NCBI GenBank assembly: GCA_035315685.1
Contig: DATFXR010000233.1
Coordinates: 4,203 to 68,202, forward strand
Length of the DNA: 64,000 bases
Source: Vicinamibacterales bacterium
GTDB lineage: Bacteria > Acidobacteriota > Vicinamibacteria > Vicinamibacterales > CAVVIG01
Direction of reading: 5' to 3'
Part shown: positions 25,032-32,592 of the stretch, piece after piece
How the letters are laid out: the number at the start of each line of letters is the position of its first letter
How positions within the stretch are numbered: the stretch's first letter is position 1
Program-made: the position numbers and the translations under genes
The notes under the pieces: generated by a model
What the model was told of the DNA's origin: nothing
The model's database searches: none
Seen by the model: the letters and a program-made list of their open reading frames with translations, nothing else

Positions 25032-26078
25032 TCATAGCGCCGCGGCAACGAGGGCGGCCACGCGCGCCGCGCCGCGGCCGTCGACGAGCTGGCTCGCGCG
25101 CCGAGCCATCTGACCGCGCCGATCGGCGCGGCCGATCAACCGTCGAATCGGATCGCTCAGCCGCTGCGGCGTGAGCCGGTCGAACACCCCGGCCGTCACC
25201 GCAGCGCCTTCCTGATCGAACGCTGACGAGGAGCGCGCGTGGTCGTCGGTGAGGCAGACATGGACCGCGGGCACGCCGCAGGCCGCCAGCTCGTACGCGC
25301 TGACGCCGAACGCGGCCACCGCAAGACGGCTCGCGCGCATCAGCGGCGCCAGAGACGCGGGTGCGCTGGCGATGCGGATGGCGTGCGTCGAGCGCACGAC
25401 GGCGGCGCTCAACGGACCCTCCCGCGCGAATGCCGGACCGATGACCACACAGACGGCGAGCGGCATCGGCAGCAGGTCGAGCGCAGCAAGCGCGAACTCC
25501 GTCATGCCGGCCGGATCGCTGCCGCCCATCGTGACGAGGACATCGATCGCCGGCGACCTGCCGCTGAGCTCCGGCGAGGAGAAGTTGTCGGTGACGAACT
25601 CACGCCGCAGCAGCACCCAGTCCCAACCCGCGTATCGCCTGCCGGCGAACCCGGTCCAGTTCATCTCGTCCGCCTGCGGGACCGGCGGATAGAACGCCAG
25701 GTCGGCCGCAAGCCGGCGATCAGTCCCTTCGTCGATGGCCACAATCCGCATGCCGCGTCCGCGAATCGCCTCGAGTGAGCCGCGTGACAACGCGTCTCGA
25801 ACGTCGACGACGAGAGCCGAGGCAGCCTGTGCGGACGCGATCGCGCGCAGCTCCTCGCCGTAGTCGGCGTTCGAGTCGGCAGTGACCGCGTCGACGGCAA
25901 ACCCGGCCGCCCGTGCAGCGGCCGCGCCCGCACTCTCGAGGCCTCGCATCGCAAACCTCACCGTGCAGCGCTCGCGGTCGCGGAGTTCATCGGCGAGCGC
26001 GAGGCAGCGCGACACGTGTCCCATGCCGATGTCATGGTTGCCGTCGCAGCGGATCAGGACATTCACGGGATCGGCCAT
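25032..26078 (-). CDS. pseG: PseG-like UDP-sugar hydrolase (pseudaminic acid pathway)
   Basis: 348 aa. VLIRCDGNHDIGMGHVSRCLALADEL...VLVTMGGSDP. GT-B/MurG-like fold pattern as in PseG/SpsG. Confidence 0.7.
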   Translation of the reverse strand: MADPVNVLIRCDGNHDIGMGHVSRCLALADELRDRERCTVRFAMRGLESAGAAAARAAGFAVDAVTADSNADYGEELRAIASAQAASALVVDVRDALSRGSLEAIRGRGMRIVAIDEGTDRRLAADLAFYPPVPQADEMNWTGFAGRRYAGWDWVLLRREFVTDNFSSPELSGRSPAIDVLVTMGGSDPAGMTEFALAALDLLPMPLAVCVVIGPAFAREGPLSAAVVRSTHAIRIASAPASLAPLMRASRLAVAAFGVSAYELAACGVPAVHVCLTDDHARSSSAFDQEGAAVTAGVFDRLTPQRLSDPIRRLIGRADRRGQMARRASQLVDGRGAARVAALVAAAL

Positions 26079-27013
26079 CGCGACGGGTCGAGCAGCGCAT
26101 CGTCGCTCACGGCGAGTCGAGCCGAGGCCGCGAACGTGGCGGCATCGAGCGGACCGACGGCTTCGGCGGCGAGCGCCGACTCGAGTTCCGCACGCGTCCG
26201 CGCGCCGGTGAGAACGCTGGCCACGTACGGCACCGAGAGGCAGAACCGCATCGCCGCTTCAGGCAGTGCGTCCCACGATCCGCCCGCGATCAGATCGCGT
26301 GCGCGAGCGGCCGCGGCGCGCACCGGCGCCAGCGTCTCCGGCAGCCATTGGGCTTTTGGCGTCAGCGCGCCCTTGAGAAATGCGGAACGGACGACGACGC
26401 CCACACCAGCCGCAGCGGCGGTTGGCAGCACGCTGTGGCGCCCGCGCTGGTCGAGGGCGTTCAATGCGATCTGCACGACGCCGTACTCGCCTGACGTGAT
26501 CACCGCCAGCGCCGCGTCCTCACCGTAGACGGAGGCACCGATCACACGCACCATTCCTCGCTGCTTCGCGTCGAGCAGCGCGTCCGTGATGGCGCGGTTT
26601 TCGATCGTCTCGCGCGTCGCATTGTGGATCTGGACGATGTCGATCGCGTCGCGGCGGATCGCGCGGCGCGACGATTCGAGCGAAGCGGCGACGATGCTCG
26701 AGAGGTCAGACACCCCCGGCGCTTCTGCAGCGGACGGCAAGGTGATCTTCGTGGCGATGATCGCCCGTGGATCGCGGCCGGCGGCGACACCGACGATGCG
26801 CTCGCTGTCGCCGTACGCCGGCGCCGTATCGATCAACGTGATGCCGCGATCGAGCGCCGCACCGATCAACGCGAGGGCGTCACGCTCGTCGGGCGGCCCG
26901 AATTCCCCCGGCGCTGCAATACCGTAATCGACGCCGAGCGAGACGGTGCCGAGCGACAGGGCGCTCACGACGAGACCGGTGTTGCCCAGCGGGCGGAAAT
27001 CCACGGCAGGCAA
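26063..27013 (-). CDS. Aldo/keto reductase
   Basis: FRPLGNTGLVVSALSLGT...LIDTAPAYGDSE...VQIHN. The start is either the TTG at 27013 inside the AT-rich repeat or the GTG at 27004. Confidence 0.8.
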   Translation of the reverse strand: MPAVDFRPLGNTGLVVSALSLGTVSLGVDYGIAAPGEFGPPDERDALALIGAALDRGITLIDTAPAYGDSERIVGVAAGRDPRAIIATKITLPSAAEAPGVSDLSSIVAASLESSRRAIRRDAIDIVQIHNATRETIENRAITDALLDAKQRGMVRVIGASVYGEDAALAVITSGEYGVVQIALNALDQRGRHSVLPTAAAAGVGVVVRSAFLKGALTPKAQWLPETLAPVRAAAARARDLIAGGSWDALPEAAMRFCLSVPYVASVLTGARTRAELESALAAEAVGPLDAATFAASARLAVSDDALLDPSRWPIP

Positions 27014-27110
27014 TTAAGAATTAGGAAGTAAGAATTAGGAATTCGTGCATCTGTTCTGCAGCGCTTTTGAGTTCACGCATTCTTAATTCTTACTTCTTAA
27101 TTCTTAATTA
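27011..27110. repeat. AT-rich CAATT-AAGAATT palindromic element, copy 3 (complete)
   Basis: Left arm CAATTAAGAATTAGGAAGTAAGAATTAGGAATTCGTG and right arm CACGCATTCTTAATTCTTACTTCTTAATTCTTAATTA, 33 of 37 complementary. It overlaps the TAA stop at 27108-27110 and the candidate TTG start at 27013. Confidence 0.9.
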
Positions 27111-28445
27111 CGACGTCAGCCGATAAAACCCGCGGCGCGCGCAGGGCCCCTTCAGCCGCGACGCGGCATTGCCGGCACCAATCGCGTCAGCGACCGTCGC
27201 GAAGACGGCCTCCACCGCTGTCATGTAGGCGCCCACATGCGACGACTGATGCGCGAACGACGGCTTGAACTGGCTGTAGGCGAGATATCCCCGCTCGAGC
27301 ATCTCCTGCGTGAACAGCGTCGTCAGCGTCGGCTCGTCCGGATGGTCGAAACCGAAATGCGTGAGGCTTGGCAGACCTTCGGTGTGGATCGTCACACCGG
27401 TCTTCACGGCCGCACGTTTCCACCCGTCGAAGGTGAGGTTGCCGATGATCTTCAGATGATCGGCGACCCGCTCGCGCCTGAACTTGCCAATCGTCGCCAG
27501 CGCCGCGACGGTCCCGACGCGCTCGGTCCAGTTCGTGCTGCTGATGAACGTGGATTGCGCAGCCTCCATCACCTCCGCGCGTCCGATCACTGCCGCCATC
27601 GGGTACCCGTTGGCCATCGACTTCGCGAACACGGCGATGTCCGGATTCACGCCGAGGAGCAGGTGGATGCCGCCGTCGGCCATGCGGAACCCGGTCGTGA
27701 CCTCGTCGAAGACGAGCACGGCGCCGATGTCGTCGGCGATCTCGCGCACCGATTCCAGGAAGCCCGGCTCCGGCGATTCACTGCGCTGCGGTTCCATCAC
27801 GATGACGCCAAGCTCACCGCGATGCGCGTCGACAATCGCCTTCAGCTGATCGAGCCGGTTGTAGTGAAACGGCAGGGCCGATCCCTTCAGCCCTCGCGGC
27901 ACCCCCGCTGGATCGAGCCCCGGCATCAGCTGACCGTCGAGGGCGCGGTCGTCGGCAAGGTTTGCCGCGAGATACCAGTCGCACCAGCCGTGGTATCCGG
28001 AGAACGCGACGATGTCGCGGCCGGTGTGCGCGCGCGCGATGCGGACGGCAACCATCATCGCCTCACCGCCGGATCGCGCAAAGCGCACCATCTCCGCCCA
28101 CGGATGCAGCTCGCACAACAGGTCCGCGAGCTCGACTTCTTCCGGCGCGTTCAGCGTTGACGCCGAACCGGCATCGATTGCGGCCTTCACCGCGGCATCG
28201 ACCTCGGGATCCGCGTAGCCGAGGACACATGCGCCGATCGCCATCATCGACATGTCGACGTAGGTGTTGCCGTCGACGTCCGTCACCTCGACGCCGCGCG
28301 CCCGCGAAAAGTACGACGGCCACTGCTCGGGCAGAAACATTTCCGGCCGCTTCGACAGAAGCTGCGTTCCGCCGGGAATGCGCCTCTTCGCGCGCCGATA
28401 CAGCTCCTGCCCTTTTGCCGTCGACAATTTGACGTTCAGACTCAT
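27108..28445 (-). CDS. Class-III (GSA-aminomutase-like) PLP aminotransferase
   Basis: 445 aa. GGTQLLSKRPE...ARSGGEAMMVAVRIARAHTGR...LVFDEVTTGFR...DIAVFAKSMANG. Confidence 0.8.
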   Translation of the reverse strand: MSLNVKLSTAKGQELYRRAKRRIPGGTQLLSKRPEMFLPEQWPSYFSRARGVEVTDVDGNTYVDMSMMAIGACVLGYADPEVDAAVKAAIDAGSASTLNAPEEVELADLLCELHPWAEMVRFARSGGEAMMVAVRIARAHTGRDIVAFSGYHGWCDWYLAANLADDRALDGQLMPGLDPAGVPRGLKGSALPFHYNRLDQLKAIVDAHRGELGVIVMEPQRSESPEPGFLESVREIADDIGAVLVFDEVTTGFRMADGGIHLLLGVNPDIAVFAKSMANGYPMAAVIGRAEVMEAAQSTFISSTNWTERVGTVAALATIGKFRRERVADHLKIIGNLTFDGWKRAAVKTGVTIHTEGLPSLTHFGFDHPDEPTLTTLFTQEMLERGYLAYSQFKPSFAHQSSHVGAYMTAVEAVFATVADAIGAGNAASRLKGPCARRGFYRLTS

Positions 28446-28532
28446 AGTCCTTCGCGCGAAGAGGTCCGGCTAACGCCGGACACTACGTAAGGCTTCGTGA
28501 GCCGCGCCTCACACGCGGCCGACGCTGCCCAG

Positions 28533-28586
28533 ACCCAAGAACCGAGAACCGTGAACTCCGAACCGCGAACCCCGAACCCCGAACCC
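28533..28586. repeat. GAACC heptamer run (7-8 tandem degenerate units, single arm)
   Basis: ACCCAAGAACC GAGAACC GTGAACT CCGAACC GCGAACC CCGAACC CCGAACC C. It abuts the TAA stop of the NeuB-like gene. Confidence 0.85.
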
Positions 28587-29444
28587 TTACGGAGTCCACG
28601 TCGCGCGCACTGCGCGCGTGGGCCGCAGTCCATCGCGCGGATCCGCACGCCATGGACGGTCCGCAACTTCGGCCTCGACCGGCCGCTTGTCCCCCGTTCC
28701 GTCGGCGGCCACACCGTGATGAATCGCTTCGATCACCGGCGCAATCTGTCGCGGCAGCCAGCAATGCCCCCCGCTGAACTCGGCACCGGTGCCGTCCAGA
28801 TCGAGATGGAACTCGACCATTTCCGCACGCCAGTGGTGCACCGCTCGATAGATCACCGCGGGACTGACGCTGTGATCCGACCATCCCACACGCGTATGCG
28901 TCGCAGCGCGAATCGTGTCGATTGCCGCGAGGTTGCACTGCTCGACCGGTGTCGGATATCCGGAGGTGCAGTGGAGCAGTACCGGGTCGGCGCATCCAGC
29001 GTCGCGGAGCACGTCGGCGGCATGGGACACTTCGTCTATCGTGGCCATGCCGGTCGCCGCGACGACCGGCTTGCCGGTTGCAGCACACGCACGCAACAGG
29101 TCGTCCCACACCAGCTCGTACGACGCGACCTTGTAAAAGTCGACGTGCCGGGCGAGCACCTCCACCGCGCGAAGCGAAAACGGCGTGCACGCGAACTGGA
29201 TGCCGAGCTCACGGCTCCGCGCCGCCAGCGGCGCGAGAAATTCCTCGGGCAGCTCCCATTGCGCGCGCGCGCGATGCGTCGGGCTCTTCGCGAGAATCTC
29301 CGGCGCGAACAGCTCGTCGACCTTGAATAGCTGGAACTTCACGCCTGCGCAACCGATCCGGGACGCGGTCTCGACGAACGCGAGCGATCGACCGAGGTCG
29401 CGGCCGTGATTGCTCGACACTTCGGCGACGAACCGCACCGCCAT
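28587..29444 (-). CDS. NeuB/PseI-family nonulosonic acid synthase-like protein, without a SAF domain
   Basis: FVAEVSSNHGRDL...GVKFQLF...FYKVASYEL...GKPVVAATGMATIDE...LLHCTSGYPTP...VGWSDHS. About 285 aa with no C-terminal SAF-like segment. TGATG junction with pseC. Confidence 0.7.
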   Translation of the reverse strand: MAVRFVAEVSSNHGRDLGRSLAFVETASRIGCAGVKFQLFKVDELFAPEILAKSPTHRARAQWELPEEFLAPLAARSRELGIQFACTPFSLRAVEVLARHVDFYKVASYELVWDDLLRACAATGKPVVAATGMATIDEVSHAADVLRDAGCADPVLLHCTSGYPTPVEQCNLAAIDTIRAATHTRVGWSDHSVSPAVIYRAVHHWRAEMVEFHLDLDGTGAEFSGGHCWLPRQIAPVIEAIHHGVAADGTGDKRPVEAEVADRPWRADPRDGLRPTRAVRATWTP

Positions 29445-30664
29445 CAACGGTACGCGGAGACGACCTTCGTCACCGCCTCCACGACGTCACTGATGTCGGC
29501 GGTCGTCATCGCCGGGAACAGCGGCAGCGTCACGATCTGTTCGTAGGCGGCTTCCGCGATCGGACAGAGGCCGGGACCGGTGCCGAATCTCTGCCGGTAG
29601 AACGGGTGATAGTGAATCGGAATGTAGTGGACGTTGACGCCGATGTTCTCGCGCCGCATCGCGGTGAAGAACGTCGCGCGATCGCAGGTGAGCGCATTCG
29701 TATCGACGCGCACCACATACAGGTGATGGGCGTGGGACACGCGCGGCCGGACGGCCAGCGGTGTGACTTCGGGTATCTGCGCGAATGCCGCGTCGTAGTC
29801 ACGGGCAATCGCCTGCCGCCGCGCGATGTTCGCCGGCAGCTTCGCCAGCTGGCTGCGGCCGAGCGCGGACTGGATGTCGGTCAACCGGTAGTTGTAGCCG
29901 AGCTCGACGATCTCGTAGATCCAGGATCCGCGAGCGCTCCGGTCGCGATGATCGGCCGTGATGCCATGGTTGCGAAACGACCGCATGCGCGACGCGAGCG
30001 CTTCGTGGTCCGTCACGATCCCGCCGCCTTCGCCGGTCGAGACGTGCTTGACTGGATGAAAGCTGAACACCGACAGATCCGCCAGCGTCCCGACCAGCGC
30101 GCCGCCGGCGTCTCGCGCGCCAATCGAATGACACGCATCGGCGACGATGCGGACCGGGGAATCGGCGCGTGCACGTGCCGCGATCGCGCGAAGGCGATCG
30201 TACTCGCACGGTTGACCGCCATAGTCGACGGCGACAATCGCTCGCGTCCGCGGTGTGATCAGCTCCGCGACGGCGTCGGGATCGATCAGCAGCGTGCGCG
30301 GATCGACGTCGGCGAAGATCGGCGTGCCGCCCTGGTAGACAACGGCGTTGGCCGACGCCGCGAAGGTGATCGGCGGAACGATCACTTCGTCGCCCGGACC
30401 GATGCCGAGCGCGAACATCGCCGTGTGGAGTGCCGCCGTGCCGTTGCTGACGACGACGGCGTGCGCGGCGCCGGTCGCGCTGGCGAGCGCCGATTCGAAG
30501 TCGGCGACGGTCGGTCCGCTGGTCAGCCAGTCCGATCGCAGCACTCGCACGACGGCGGCGACATCGTCATCGTCTATCGAGTGCCGTCCGTACGGCAGCA
30601 GTTCGGTGCGGACCGGTGTTCCGCCATGCAGCGCCAGCTGCGCGACTTTCAGATCCTCGGGCAC
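29444..30664 (-). CDS. pseC: DegT/DnrJ/EryC1-family sugar aminotransferase (PseC-like)
   Basis: GTG start at 30664 (VPEDLKVAQLALHGGTPVRTELLPYGRHSIDDDDVAAVVRVLRSDWLTSGP...). Contains SFHPVKHVSTGEGG. The 973-aa track ORF is an upstream read-through artefact. Confidence 0.8.
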   Translation of the reverse strand: MPEDLKVAQLALHGGTPVRTELLPYGRHSIDDDDVAAVVRVLRSDWLTSGPTVADFESALASATGAAHAVVVSNGTAALHTAMFALGIGPGDEVIVPPITFAASANAVVYQGGTPIFADVDPRTLLIDPDAVAELITPRTRAIVAVDYGGQPCEYDRLRAIAARARADSPVRIVADACHSIGARDAGGALVGTLADLSVFSFHPVKHVSTGEGGGIVTDHEALASRMRSFRNHGITADHRDRSARGSWIYEIVELGYNYRLTDIQSALGRSQLAKLPANIARRQAIARDYDAAFAQIPEVTPLAVRPRVSHAHHLYVVRVDTNALTCDRATFFTAMRRENIGVNVHYIPIHYHPFYRQRFGTGPGLCPIAEAAYEQIVTLPLFPAMTTADISDVVEAVTKVVSAYR

Positions 30665-30704
30665 GTGGTCTAGCTTACCGCGGCGGCGGCGGCCGGTTGA
30701 ACGG

Positions 30705-30710
30705 TATAGT
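30705..30710 (+). promoter_or_regulatory. Candidate -10 box (TATAGT) for a leaderless or near-leaderless wzx transcript
   Basis: TATAGT lies 8 nt upstream of the GTG start at 30719 in a 54-nt divergent intergenic region. No good -35 element at 17-nt spacing. Confidence 0.25.
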
Positions 30711-30718
30711 GTACGAGC

Positions 30719-32245
30719 GTGAACCGATTGCTCGCGCGCCTCGGCGTGCATCGACGCGAACACATCTCGGTCGCGCGCGACTTCTCGATCTACTCCGCCG
30801 TCAACATCTTCTCGCTCGTACTGCTGTTCAGCACGAACCTCTGGCTGCGGCGCTTCGTCGGACCGTACGTCGCCGGCCTGTGGACGGCACTCGAGCTGCT
30901 GCCCGGCTATGCGACCTACGCGCATCTCGGCATCATCAATGCGGCCGAGCGCGAGTTGCCGTTCCTTCTCGGCGCGGGCCGCACGCGCGACTTCGACGGA
31001 CTGAAAGACACGCTGTTCTGGGCGACGAACGCGCTGGGTGGTGCGCTCGCGGCGCTCACGCTCGGAGCCGCGCTGCTGTTCCGCGACCGCCTGTCGCATG
31101 ACACGTTCGTCGGTCTGCTGGCGTACGCGCCGTGCGTGTGGGCGCAGCTGGTTGCGACCTACTTGGTGGTCCTCTACCGGGCGCGCAAACGCTTCGTCGA
31201 GTTGAGCGGACGTCAGGGTGCCGCCAATCTCGCGAAGGCGTTGCTGCTGATCTCCGCGGGGACTGCGTTCGGTCTGTACGGCATACTCGCTGCGGAGCTG
31301 GCAAGCTTCGCGGTCCTCATCGCGATGCTGGCAGGCGGCCTCCGCGAGACGTTCGCGCGTGTCTTCGAGTCTGCGCGATTGCCGGCGCTGGTCGCTGGCG
31401 GGCTGCCGATCCTCGCCGGCGGGCTTGCCTTCGAAACGCTGCGGCCCGGCGGCGCCAGCGGGGCGGATCAGACGGTCATCCTTGCCACGCTCGGCAAGAC
31501 GCCGCTCGGCGTCTACAGCATCGCCTCGATCGTCTGCCAGGGTCTGTATTACCTGCCCAACGCGCTCTCGATCGTGATGTATCCGCGCTTTCAGGAGCGC
31601 TACGGGCAGACGCAGTCGACCGACTCGCTGCGGCGATTCGTCGAGCTGCAGCTGCACGTGCTCGCGGACGTCCTGCTCGCAGCGATCGCGGTCCTCTTCG
31701 TCGCGCTGCCGGCGGCGATCCGCGCGTTCTTTCCGGCCGACTGGAGCGGCGCGATCGCGCCGCTGCGCGTGATGCTCGTCGCGACCTACTTCATCTCGCT
31801 CGCGCCGCCAGGCGGTCAGCTGCTGCTGACGATCCGCAAGCAGATGCAGGTGCTGCTGCTGGCGCTGCCATGCACCGGGCTTGGTTTCGCCGCGGCGTAC
31901 GTGGGCGCGGCGTACGGGCTTGTCGGCGTCGCCACCGGCATTGCGCTGGCGTGCTTCGCCGAGTTCCTCGCGGTCAACGCGTACGCGCTGTCGCATTTTG
32001 CGCGCGCGCAGACGGTCGCTGTCGAGATTGGCCGGCTGACGGTTACGGCGGCGGCATGGCTGGGTGCGGCGGTGCTGATCGAGCGGCTGGTCCCGCCGGG
32101 ACCGTGGCCGGCGAACACGCTCGGCGGCTGGCCGCTGCTCATCGTCGGTCTGGTGAGCCTGCCCCTTCTGCGGCGCGCGCTCCGGCGAATCCAGTCTCCG
32201 CAGTTTTCCACAGGTCCGCAGTTTTCCACAGGGGGTCGGGAATAG
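30719..32245 (+). CDS. wzx: Polysaccharide flippase (Wzx/MOP superfamily)
   Basis: 508 aa with about 12-14 hydrophobic helices and typical oligosaccharide-flippase composition. The last ~15 codons (SPQFSTGPQFSTGGRE) are encoded by the repeat array. Confidence 0.65.
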   Translation: MNRLLARLGVHRREHISVARDFSIYSAVNIFSLVLLFSTNLWLRRFVGPYVAGLWTALELLPGYATYAHLGIINAAERELPFLLGAGRTRDFDGLKDTLFWATNALGGALAALTLGAALLFRDRLSHDTFVGLLAYAPCVWAQLVATYLVVLYRARKRFVELSGRQGAANLAKALLLISAGTAFGLYGILAAELASFAVLIAMLAGGLRETFARVFESARLPALVAGGLPILAGGLAFETLRPGGASGADQTVILATLGKTPLGVYSIASIVCQGLYYLPNALSIVMYPRFQERYGQTQSTDSLRRFVELQLHVLADVLLAAIAVLFVALPAAIRAFFPADWSGAIAPLRVMLVATYFISLAPPGGQLLLTIRKQMQVLLLALPCTGLGFAAAYVGAAYGLVGVATGIALACFAEFLAVNAYALSHFARAQTVAVEIGRLTVTAAAWLGAAVLIERLVPPGPWPANTLGGWPLLIVGLVSLPLLRRALRRIQSPQFSTGPQFSTGGRE

Positions 32246-32505
32246 TTTTCGAGTGGGGCCGAAAACTATTCCCGACCCCTTGTGGAAAACCCGAGGGCGG
32301 CAGCCGTCCACAGGGGGTCGGGAATCGTTTTTTTCGATTGCGACAAAATCGGCCGGAAATCTCACGTCGGACCGTCCGCGAACAAGGTTTCCACAGGGGG
32401 TCGGGAACAGTTTTCGATTCCGCGGTGTCAGGACTCGAAACGATTCCCGACCCCCCTGTGGAAAACTGCGTGCCGCGAAAACGATTCCCGACCCCCTGTG
32501 GAAAA
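32198..32505. repeat. Cluster of 6 full and 1 partial ~30-nt units GTTTTCCACAGGGGGTCGGGAAT.GTTTTCGA in mixed orientation (REP/BIME-like)
   Basis: Units: 32198-32214 (+, partial), 32221-32252 (+), 32260-32290 (-), 32307-32337 (+), 32387-32417 (+), 32435-32466 (-), 32476-32505 (-). The pairs 32221/32260 and 32387/32435 form hairpins. Confidence 0.9.
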
Positions 32506-32592
32506 TGGGCGGCGGTCCGTTGACAACCGTTCGCTACGGCCACTAACATTCCGTCGTCGCTCCGACACCGTAAACCTAGCTGTTTCAGGCCT

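Noticed and set aside
29444-32365. 973-aa minus-strand ORF in the track.
   Set aside because: Only the C-terminal ~406 aa (from the GTG at 30664) look like a DegT-family aminotransferase. The upstream 560 aa are Arg/Pro/Glu/Asp-rich low-complexity sequence antisense to the wzx gene and the repeat array. This is a typical high-GC shadow ORF.
32198-32505. Possible CRISPR array (regularly recurring ~30-nt units).
   Set aside because: The units occur in both orientations and pair into hairpins. The spacers are 7-49 nt, which is irregular and mostly too short. No cas genes or leader are present in the window. The pattern fits REP/BIME-like palindromic units, not CRISPR.
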